Shown here one piece after another: positions 1 through 7,525 of a DNA stretch of 32,000 nucleotides; positions within the stretch are counted from its first letter, which is position 1; every line of letters begins with the position of its first letter. The notes under the pieces were generated by a model that had not been told where the DNA came from, searched no databases, and was given only the letters and a program-made list of their open reading frames with translations. The position numbers and the translations under genes were made by a program. The DNA is taken from the NCBI RefSeq assembly GCF_000022265.1, contig NC_011979.1:1920001-1952000 (forward strand), in the 5' to 3' direction. The DNA is from Geotalea daltonii FRC-32 (GTDB lineage: Bacteria; Desulfobacterota; Desulfuromonadia; Geobacterales; Geobacteraceae).

Positions 1-2722
1 GGGTATAGGCAATGCTGTTTTCAACGACCTCTTCCTCAAAAGCAACGCTCCGTGGCTGACCGAGCTTGTTGAAGAGTTCGGTGCCGGTACGGAGATCACC
101 CTTGTAGGCCTTGATGGTCGGGATGAATACCGCCGGCCTCTGCATCATGGTTGAGGCGGTTGCAGGGATGATGCTGGGGGCCGGTGTCCAGGTGGCGTCG
201 GCGGGGATGGCGGTGCCGGTCATGTTGAAGCCCCCGTCAAAGAAGTTTTGGGAGGTTGCATGACAGTCGCTGCAGCCGTAGACGGTAACCTTGCCGGAGG
301 CATCGAAGGCGCGGGGCTTACCCAGCGCATACTGGGCGACGCCCTTGACCCCATGGGTCACCTGGTAAAGGCCGCCGATGTAATCAAGCCGGGTGCCTTC
401 CCAGGATCTACCCGATTGACCGGGCTTATCTTTGATGCTGGTTCGGTAGGTCTTATAGTCCCTGATTTCGTCAGGGGTGGTGAAGATGGCGTTGCCGCCG
501 TAGACCCCGACATACTTCCAGGCGCCGGTGAATGAGCCGTCGGCGTTGTAGGCGCTCTGGTACTTTCCGCCGGTTACACCATCACCTGCATTGCCGAAAC
601 CGACCGGAATAGGAGCAAAACCTCCGGGGGCAAAATTAATCCCGGCCTTCAGGTCGCGCTGGATCCACGGGTCGAAAATGGGCTCGCCAAAGCCCTGTGT
701 GGAATTGGCATCACCAACGGTCAGAATCTGTCCGTTGACACCGTCACCGTTAGCGTCAACGGCGGTGTTTTCATCGTTGTTGAACAGTGCCGAAACAATG
801 GTGTTGGTCAGGTAAATCTTGCGCCTGAAATTGGGGCTGGTCTTGAGACCATTGCCGACCTTGGACCAGGTTCTAAGCGGCAGCCATTCCTGGAGCGCGC
901 CGCCGATCACGTGGGTACCTGTCGGGATCTCGGCCTGGAAGCCGGGACCGGGCTGGCCGGTAGCCGTGCAGATGGTGCCGGGACCGCTCGATGAAGTGTA
1001 GCCGCAGTTGGTATTGATCATGGAATTCATGAAGTTGTACTGCTGTCTTGCCCCTTCGTTTGCAGCTTCAGTGGCAGGATCTTCGAACATGCCCATCATG
1101 CCTTTGCTGTAATCGAAGCCGACCATGGTCGGGTAGCGGTTGCCGCTGGTGCAATCCAGGGCGCGAACAGCCATGCTCTTCTTCTGTACGTGGCAGACGG
1201 TGCAGTCGATGACGTCCAGATGGCTGCCCGGAATGAATTTCTGTCCACCGCTGCCGTCGGGGCCCATGGCCCTGGCGATCATGGCGGTCAGACCCGCTTT
1301 CTGATGTGCTGCTGTGGCATCCGGCGCATTAAGGTTGTCAACGCTGTTGCCGTCCGGATTGGTGCCGGTAACATGGCAGCTTTCACACCGTTTGACGGTG
1401 TTGCGTGTATCGATCTTGGTTCCTATCTGTGAACCGTCCTCAATGGTGCCGGAACCGTCGAAACCACGCCCCGGGTCGCATTGATTCTTGTCGGAATTGG
1501 AGCTGTTGGTGTCCATGTGGCAACCGGCGCAGCCGAACTGGGTGTGGACATCCTGACCGGCCTGCCATGCGTCCCCACGCTTGAACCAGTCTGCCCGCGG
1601 GAAGGGAACGACCGATTTCTTCAGGACGTTCTGGTTCTGTTGCCCGGGGTAATCTGCCGTGAGTCCGATATCGGTAACGGGGGCCTCATAGAAGATGGGG
1701 CCGCTGCCACCCTGGTTGTCGCCGCCGAAGGAGGTCATGCCGTTGACGGTCGTTCTGTTGTAGACGGTGGAACCCTGGGCGGCAAGCAGCCCTTTCACCA
1801 TGTAGCTGTACAGATTGGTGGCGTCAACGAGCGGAGATTTGACGGTATTGGGCAGCCATGGCGAATTGAAGTCATAAGCGGGCATGATCAGGCCGGTTGG
1901 CCCTACCATCGGATTATTCGCGTTGGTATTGAGGATCATTGGCGCCGAGGAGAGGAAGCCGTTCATCATGTCGGGCAGATCCTTCATATTGTTCGGGCTG
2001 TGGCACTGCTGGCAGTTGGCGCTGGGAGGCAGGCGCTTGATGTTATCCACCACCGACTGCTTCAGGCTGACCGTCTGCATGCCATTGGCATCTTTGGGAC
2101 CCAGATCGACCATGGCGGCATTGTAGCCACCCTGTGTCTGACTGCCGGGCATGAGGTCCATGAGGCCCGCCCCGGCCATGGGTGCTGCATTGAGAATGCC
2201 CATCTGGGCAAAGACAGAGCTCATTACGTTGTTGTAGCCCTGGAAGTGGCAGAAGAGACAATCCATTTCCCGCACGTTGGGCATCATCAGCTGGCCGTTC
2301 TGGATATACGGCTCGCCATCTGCTGTTCCACCCTGGTTCATGGCAACACTGCCCCATCCATTGGGCGCGATCATCGCATTTGCACCACCCAGTGCCGGTG
2401 ATTTGCTATCAGTCGTGGCGGGATAGCTCCACGGTGCGCGGATAACGCTGCTGGTAGGGGCCCCTGATTTGGGATCCCAGGATTCATATACGGTGTTCAG
2501 ATACGGGTTAATGGTTTGGTCACCCAGCCCCCGTTGCGCGAGGCGAAGGCCATTGCGGTCTTTTTCCACCAAGCCGCCCCCAACGTGACAACTGCCACAG
2601 TTGGTGGCCATGTCCCAGACGGAGAGGTCCACTTTTGTAAATTTGCTGCCTGGTGTTGTATCGCCATACAAAAATAGATCAGAATTAGGGTAGGTCAGAT
2701 CTTTACCATCAGTTTGCCGCAT
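1..2722 (-). CDS. Large multihaem c-type cytochrome body. It is partial because its 3' end lies beyond the left edge. It has 7 CXXCH motifs, no signal peptide of its own, and is in frame with CDS 2753..3217.
   Basis: The minus-strand frame stays open from ATG 2720-2722 to base 1. It is absent from the ORF track because its stop is outside the window. Seven CXXCH motifs were read directly in that single frame: CGSCH (His codon 2585-2587), CLFCH (2246-2248), CQQCH (2000-2002), CAGCH (1517-1519), CESCH (1373-1375), CTVCH (1190-1192) and CSDCH (260-262). The N-terminus MRQTDGKDLTYPNSD has no hydrophobic leader. The + strand ORFs here are antisense shadows. Confidence 0.85.
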   Translation of the reverse strand, partial: MRQTDGKDLTYPNSDLFLYGDTTPGSKFTKVDLSVWDMATNCGSCHVGGGLVEKDRNGLRLAQRGLGDQTINPYLNTVYESWDPKSGAPTSSVIRAPWSYPATTDSKSPALGGANAMIAPNGWGSVAMNQGGTADGEPYIQNGQLMMPNVREMDCLFCHFQGYNNVMSSVFAQMGILNAAPMAGAGLMDLMPGSQTQGGYNAAMVDLGPKDANGMQTVSLKQSVVDNIKRLPPSANCQQCHSPNNMKDLPDMMNGFLSSAPMILNTNANNPMVGPTGLIMPAYDFNSPWLPNTVKSPLVDATNLYSYMVKGLLAAQGSTVYNRTTVNGMTSFGGDNQGGSGPIFYEAPVTDIGLTADYPGQQNQNVLKKSVVPFPRADWFKRGDAWQAGQDVHTQFGCAGCHMDTNSSNSDKNQCDPGRGFDGSGTIEDGSQIGTKIDTRNTVKRCESCHVTGTNPDGNSVDNLNAPDATAAHQKAGLTAMIARAMGPDGSGGQKFIPGSHLDVIDCTVCHVQKKSMAVRALDCTSGNRYPTMVGFDYSKGMMGMFEDPATEAANEGARQQYNFMNSMINTNCGYTSSSGPGTICTATGQPGPGFQAEIPTGTHVIGGALQEWLPLRTWSKVGNGLKTSPNFRRKIYLTNTIVSALFNNDENTAVDANGDGVNGQILTVGDANSTQGFGEPIFDPWIQRDLKAGINFAPGGFAPIPVGFGNAGDGVTGGKYQSAYNADGSFTGAWKYVGVYGGNAIFTTPDEIRDYKTYRTSIKDKPGQSGRSWEGTRLDYIGGLYQVTHGVKGVAQYALGKPRAFDASGKVTVYGCSDCHATSQNFFDGGFNMTGTAIPADATWTPAPSIIPATASTMMQRPAVFIPTIKAYKGDLRTGTELFNKLGQPRSVAFEEEVVENSIAYT

Positions 2723-2726
2723 TAAA

Positions 2727-2742
2727 TTCGCCACCTGGCGAA
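2727..2742 (-). other. SECIS-like RNA hairpin downstream of the in-frame UGA
   Basis: The mRNA reads UGA-AGCCCCUCUC-UUCGCC-AGGU-GGCGAA. This is a perfect 6-bp stem with a 4-nt loop containing GGU. The stem starts 11 nt after the UGA. No bulged U is present. Confidence 0.3.
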
Positions 2743-2752
2743 GAGAGGGGCT

Positions 2753-3217
2753 TCACCACTTACCCCACATGGCCTTGGTCTGGTTCCATGGCTTCTGCCG
2801 GTTGACGGTGGTATCGAAGCCGCCGGTGGGAGAATCATTCCATTCATTGGCGCCTAAGGCTGAATGGAAAGCATGGTCGGCCAGGGCTTCATAGCTCTTC
2901 AATATTTTACCAGACGACGGGGCGACCGTCGTGCCGTTGTGGCAGGATCCGCATGTGGCCTTGGGACTGTAAGGAAAGCCCTGCATCGGGTTCTGGGGAT
3001 TGCCACCGACCATGACCGGCATGGGGCCTGCGGGTACCTTATTGCCCTTTGCATCTACTGAAAATGGTACGCCATACTGTACTGCCACTTCGTCATAAGT
3101 CTTCAGCTCAATAGGTGGATGAGCTGCGAGACCTGTGCCCATGGAGAGCCACAGGCCGGTGAATGTGACACCGACCGCGGCCACCAGTGGCAGAGAGCCT
3201 TTAATTCGCTTCTTCAT
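2753..3217 (-). CDS. Exported monohaem cytochrome c module, probably the N-terminal part of the downstream multihaem cytochrome
   Basis: This is ORF 2753..3307 with the start moved to ATG 3215-3217. The N-terminus MKKRIKGSLPLVAAVGVTFTGLWLSMGTGLAA is a Sec-type signal peptide, and a GGAAGG RBS precedes it. There is one CXXCH (ATCGSCHNG). The ORF ends at TGA 2753-2755, which is in the same reading frame as CDS 1..2722. Confidence 0.7.
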   Translation of the reverse strand: MKKRIKGSLPLVAAVGVTFTGLWLSMGTGLAAHPPIELKTYDEVAVQYGVPFSVDAKGNKVPAGPMPVMVGGNPQNPMQGFPYSPKATCGSCHNGTTVAPSSGKILKSYEALADHAFHSALGANEWNDSPTGGFDTTVNRQKPWNQTKAMWGKW

Positions 3218-3549
3218 GTTACCTTCCTTTCTTTTTGTCTGTTTCGCAATCTCTATGAAGATTGCATCTCTGCTTCCCTGATTGTCCGGCATTGGGGGAT
3301 GCCGCACCCGGGGAGAGCTACCCTTTTAAAGGCCAAACGGTATATTGCTGAAAGCGCGCTTATTAGATTGCATTATGTATACCTTTATTTAGATAAAACT
3401 ATATTGATGGACAATCGGTTCCAGGAGCTGTTGTACCGTATTATGTGGTTGTCTGAATGGTGAGGAACGATTGGGTCACATGACTCAACCGGGGGTGCAG
3501 TTGGGTGATGTGACCCATGTTTGGGGAGGGGGAACTGATGCTTTAGGAA

Positions 3550-4632
3550 CTAGTTTCCGGCAATTTCCTTGCGGTGGCCGAAGCCGTAGATACTGATCTT
3601 TCTCGGACCGGACTGATTAGTAACCAGAATAAGCTGCTCCACCTCGAAGGAAGGATCGGCAAAGGTCCTGAAGTATTCAAGATTTTCCCGGGTGATGGCG
3701 ATATCGGCGGGGATGCTTAGAGTCCCCTCTTTAGAGCCTCTTTCACCGAAGAACATCAGCAGCTGTCCGTCAGGATCAAAAATCTGCACCACCTGATTGC
3801 CGGCGTCCACCACGTAGATCAGCCCTGCATCGTCCACTGCGATACCTTTTGGTCTGCTGAACTGCCCGGGGCGGTCCCCAAGTGCACCGAAGGCCTTCAA
3901 CACCTTGCCATTTGGATCCATTTTGATGATTCGACAGGTGCCCAGGTTGGTAACATAGATATTCCCTTCCTTGTCCAGTGCCATATTAGTCGGCAAGGAA
4001 AGGGTCTCACCTTCTTTGCTGTCCCTGCCGACTGCACGGGTCTGCTCGCCGGTTTGCAGGTCAAATATCTTGATCTCACTGCTGTTGTAGTCTACTACGT
4101 ACAGTTCTTTTCCCCTGATGGCCGCATCAGTTGGCTTCATATCGCCGATTGAGAACGTGCCAGTGGGATTATCGTCATTGAAACGAATTACCTTCTTGCT
4201 CCCTGTATCTGCAACAAAGGCATTGCCCTCATCATCGAAGGAGATGTTGATGGGAGATTTCAGTACCTCAGTGTCCAACTGGTGGAAGGTCTTTTCATTG
4301 AGATCTATGGTGGTGATTCGACCCAAGGGTACATCAGATATAAAGATTTTACTCCCCCTGACCGCGATGCCGTAGGGTTTGGCGATCACTTCATTAACGC
4401 CTGGCGTGTCTGCAAAAATCGATGATTTGATATCATTGATTGAAGAGATGCTGGTCAGATATTGAACATGCGACGCATCGGGAGCAGGCGGGAAGAAAAC
4501 CGGGGCTTTAACCTGTTTGGGTGCAAAACAACCGGGAAGGTAGATTAAAAGACAAAGAAAAAAAAGGATGTGCCGATACCTGAGGGTGGAGTTTGTGGAG
4601 CTGTGGATCTGCATTCTCGTCTCCGGATACAT
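3550..4632 (-). CDS. NHL-repeat beta-propeller lipoprotein
   Basis: The 360-aa ORF has a hydrophobic leader ending in the lipobox LPGC. It carries repeated NHL-type blades (PYGIAV..IFISD, GNAFVADTGSKKV, GKELYVVDYNS, GNIYVTNLGTCRI, PKGIAVDDAGLIYVVDAGNQVV). Confidence 0.8.
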   Translation of the reverse strand: MYPETRMQIHSSTNSTLRYRHILFFLCLLIYLPGCFAPKQVKAPVFFPPAPDASHVQYLTSISSINDIKSSIFADTPGVNEVIAKPYGIAVRGSKIFISDVPLGRITTIDLNEKTFHQLDTEVLKSPINISFDDEGNAFVADTGSKKVIRFNDDNPTGTFSIGDMKPTDAAIRGKELYVVDYNSSEIKIFDLQTGEQTRAVGRDSKEGETLSLPTNMALDKEGNIYVTNLGTCRIIKMDPNGKVLKAFGALGDRPGQFSRPKGIAVDDAGLIYVVDAGNQVVQIFDPDGQLLMFFGERGSKEGTLSIPADIAITRENLEYFRTFADPSFEVEQLILVTNQSGPRKISIYGFGHRKEIAGN

Positions 4633-4663
4633 GATGTTTGTGCAGCTTGGAGTGGCGGAAGGA

Positions 4664-4686
4664 GCAGGCCGCCTGAGACGGCCTGC
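4664..4686 (-). other. Intercistronic GC-rich hairpin between the tetrahaem cytochrome and the NHL gene
   Basis: GCAGGCCG-cctgaga-CGGCCTGC forms an 8-bp perfect stem. No U-tract follows it on the transcribed (minus) strand. Confidence 0.35.
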
Positions 4687-4706
4687 TTTCAGGTGGATGT
4701 ATCGAG

Positions 4707-5501
4707 TTACTTGTCGTGGCAGGTCAGGCAGAGTTTTGATCCATCCATTTTAACCCGCAGCAGTGGTTTGGCTGCCGTCCTGGCTGCAGTGTTATGGACG
4801 TCGTGGCAAGAGGCGCAGGTGAGTTTATCTGCCTTGTAGAGCAGTTCTTCTATCTTTGTGCACTTCCTGTCCGCGGCGGGGACCCACCCTATATCCACAT
4901 TGGCCGGCCGGATAAAAGAATCATTGGCTGCAACCTGCTTGTAGCTGAAGCCGATAGGGTGGTCGTTCATGAGATTGCCGCCACTTTCTCCGGAGTGGCC
5001 GTCACCGAGAGGAGCCAGTACTACCTCTGGTGCCGTAGGGGTGAACGAGCCGATCTTGCCGGCGTAGGAGTCGATGGCGGTGGTACCGTCGTGGCAGCTC
5101 ATGCAGAGACGGGATGGCCCGTCCATCATGTCGGCGGGATCGATTACCGCTTGCAGGGAGAGGGCTTTATCCAGATACGTCGGATCCGCCATGTAGTCTT
5201 CTTTGAGAAGGCCGTTGTAAGGAAGGAAATTTTGCGTGACCGGGTTCCTGTTCCACAGCGGGTTGTAACCGGTTTCACCGGTCGATCTGGCGCTGTGCGG
5301 CGTGTGGCAGAACTTGCACACCTGCTGATTCGGGTCGCCCGAGGTTGTTCCGCCGGAGGCGATGGGGAGATAGAGGTTCATGTTGTGGGGGGAGGTGGCC
5401 ACACCCGTCCCTTCGGTATAGTTGACCAGTCCGGCGTAAGCGAACGTTGCGCTTGCGACGACAAGTAGGGCGGCTATACCTGCTCTGATTTTTAGGTTCA
5501 T
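4707..5501 (-). CDS. Exported tetrahaem c-type cytochrome (small OmcE/OmcS-class outer-surface type)
   Basis: The 264-aa ORF has the signal peptide MNLKIRAGIAALLVVASATFAYA. It carries four CXXCH motifs (CKFCH, CMSCH, CASCH, CLTCH). It also has SPHN and CxxCHxPH/CxxCHDVH contexts typical of Geobacter-type cytochromes. Confidence 0.9.
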   Translation of the reverse strand: MNLKIRAGIAALLVVASATFAYAGLVNYTEGTGVATSPHNMNLYLPIASGGTTSGDPNQQVCKFCHTPHSARSTGETGYNPLWNRNPVTQNFLPYNGLLKEDYMADPTYLDKALSLQAVIDPADMMDGPSRLCMSCHDGTTAIDSYAGKIGSFTPTAPEVVLAPLGDGHSGESGGNLMNDHPIGFSYKQVAANDSFIRPANVDIGWVPAADRKCTKIEELLYKADKLTCASCHDVHNTAARTAAKPLLRVKMDGSKLCLTCHDK

Positions 5502-5696
5502 AATTCATCCTCATTTGAAAGCCGATTTTTTGTATTGCCGCTTTCTTTCCGTTTGGCTTTCTTCCTTTTTATGGGGCCAGGCGTAGCGCCGTGGACCACA
5601 CTCCTTGACCCTTCCCCCAAAGGATCAAGAATGGGAATCATGAGAACGATGTTGATGCAAGGGCGAGAATTTTTTAAAAACAAGCTCTTGGGCAGA

Positions 5697-7133
5697 TCAG
5701 GTAGCAGCAGCTCCCGTTCTTTTTCTTTCGCCCCGGAGACCGAATTTTTTCATACGGTAGCGCAGGGTGTCGCGGCTGATGCAAAGATATTTTGCCGCTT
5801 TGGTCTGATTTCCTCCGGCAATCTCCAATCCTTGACGGATCATTCGCCGTTCCAGCTCCACAATGGAGACGCCGACGGTCTCAGATACACCACCAAAGCG
5901 AGTCGAATTGCCCGGCTGGCCATGGTTGGCCGTAGGTTGCGGTTTCTGCTCGAAATTATGCTTTATTTCAATATTTAAAAATCGGGGTGAGATGGTTTTT
6001 TCCTGTTCCAACATCATGCTGCGCTCGATGGCATTGCGCAACTCGCGGACATTTCCCGGCCAGTCATAGGCGGTCAGGTACGCCAGGGCTTCTTCGGATA
6101 TGCCTTCCACCTTTTTTCCATATTCCTCATTCAGACGGCGGATGAAGTAGCCGACCAATAACGAAATATCCTCTTTTCGATCCCGCAGAGGGGGCAGGCA
6201 AATGCTCATGACGTTCAGACGGTAGAACAGGTCGCCTCTGAAGGTGCTGCTTTTGACCATTGCCTGCAGATTCTGGTGGGTGGCGGCAATGATGCGCACA
6301 TTGGCTTGAATGTCCTCTTCACTTCCCAGACGTCTAAAACGCTTGGTTTCGATGACCTTCAACACCTTGGACTGCATGGACAACGGCATGTCGCCGATTT
6401 CATCAAGAAAGACCGTTCCACCTTCGGCCAGCTCGAAAATTCCCTTTCGCCTTTTGCCGGCGTCGGTATAGGCTCCTTTCTCATGGCCGAACAGCTCACT
6501 TTCCAGAAGGTTTTCCGGGATAGCCGCGCAGTTTATTTCGGTAAAAGGAGCGTCTGCCCTGGCGCTGTGGTAATGGATTGCCCTTGCAACAAGCTCCTTG
6601 CCGGTGCCGCTTTCACCCAATAGCAGAATAGTTTTGGCATCTGTTTCGGAGCAGACCTTGATCATTTTGAAAAGATCTACCATGGCTTCGCTGGTTCCTA
6701 CCAGTTTGTCGTCTTCCGTTTTCTTGCGCAATTCCTGGTGAAAAAAATCGGCGGTCTCACCCAGATGCCGCTTTTCAAAGGTTCTGTTGATGACATGGAG
6801 AAAGACTTCCATGTTGAAAGGTTTGCCGATGAAGTCCTCAGCTCCCAGTTTCAGAGCTTTTACTGCCGAGTCGGCATCGGCGTTGGCCGTCATGACAATA
6901 ACGCTTATATCTTTCCTTTCGGATTCGATCCGGCTGAGCAGATCCAGGCCGCTGCCGTCGGGAAGCCAGAGGTCGAGCAGCACCACGCACGGCCTGAAGC
7001 TTTTCAATTTCTCTTTCGCCTCAGCAATTGAAGCAGCTGCATCTACAATGAAGCCTCTTCTGTTGAGCATAAAGGACAAGGAAAGAGAGATAAGTTTTTC
7101 ATCCTCTACGATCAATATCCTTTTTTCCCCCAT
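5697..7133 (-). CDS. Sigma54-dependent response regulator (NtrC/Fis family enhancer-binding protein)
   Basis: The protein has an N-terminal REC domain (ILIVEDE...VVLLDLWLPDGSG). Its AAA+ core has Walker A GESGTGKE, a GAFTGA-position loop reading GAYTDA, and FLDEIGDM. The C-terminus is a Fis-type HTH (NQTKAAKYLCISRDTLRYRMKKFG). Confidence 0.9.
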   Translation of the reverse strand: MGEKRILIVEDEKLISLSLSFMLNRRGFIVDAAASIAEAKEKLKSFRPCVVLLDLWLPDGSGLDLLSRIESERKDISVIVMTANADADSAVKALKLGAEDFIGKPFNMEVFLHVINRTFEKRHLGETADFFHQELRKKTEDDKLVGTSEAMVDLFKMIKVCSETDAKTILLLGESGTGKELVARAIHYHSARADAPFTEINCAAIPENLLESELFGHEKGAYTDAGKRRKGIFELAEGGTVFLDEIGDMPLSMQSKVLKVIETKRFRRLGSEEDIQANVRIIAATHQNLQAMVKSSTFRGDLFYRLNVMSICLPPLRDRKEDISLLVGYFIRRLNEEYGKKVEGISEEALAYLTAYDWPGNVRELRNAIERSMMLEQEKTISPRFLNIEIKHNFEQKPQPTANHGQPGNSTRFGGVSETVGVSIVELERRMIRQGLEIAGGNQTKAAKYLCISRDTLRYRMKKFGLRGERKRTGAAAT

Positions 7134-7281
7134 TTTTTATCTTCTCCACGGTGACTTTGATGACTGTTGGAGCCTTAGCACAAATTGGTCCGTAAATTTC
7201 GTATGGTGGATAGAAAAATGACAACTAATTCAGGAAAACGCATATATGGTTAGAATGTTTAAGGTTATAATTTAATTAGTT

Positions 7282-7297
7282 AGGGCATTTTTTTGCT
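7282..7297 (+). promoter_or_regulatory. Weak candidate sigma54 (-24/-12) promoter facing the Fe-S/DedA gene
   Basis: aGGgcatttttTTGCt has GG and TTGC with the canonical 11-nt G-to-G spacing, but the -24 box is degenerate (AGGGCA against TGGCAC). It lies about 230 bp upstream of ATG 7526, divergent from the EBP gene. Confidence 0.2.
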
Positions 7298-7525
7298 GAT
7301 CACTCGCATGCAGTATAGATATATTCAGGTTTAATGATAATTGGCGGATTAGAATTAAAAACAATTTCGGTAAAATAACGGGTGTTCTTCGTGGTTAGGC
7401 GAGGTTGTACTGCCGTCGTCAATATTTAAAAAAACGATAGATATAATCATTTTTTTCGATATTTCCAATTTGACTTTGCCCGAATGTGTTTGTTAGGGTG
7501 TCAGCGGTTTTCAGGAGGCACCGGG

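Noticed and set aside
248-2401. A series of + strand ORFs (248..535, 591..815, 819..1001, 1190..1432, 1481..2401, the last at 306 aa)
   Set aside because: They lie antisense to a minus-strand frame that carries seven in-frame CXXCH motifs. Their translations are low-complexity Gly/Ala/Val/His-rich with no recognisable motifs. They are typical shadow ORFs.
4794-5468. A 224-aa + strand ORF
   Set aside because: It is fully antisense to the tetrahaem cytochrome gene, which has a signal peptide and four CXXCH. The ORF itself has no motifs or RBS.
5502-5696. An expected sigma54 -24/-12 promoter upstream of the tetrahaem cytochrome gene, next to the EBP
   Set aside because: I scanned the minus strand for GG-N10-GC with TGGCAC/TTGC context at each CCA on the + strand. 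No match with correct spacing was found. The same negative result holds for 4633-4706 and 3218-3549.
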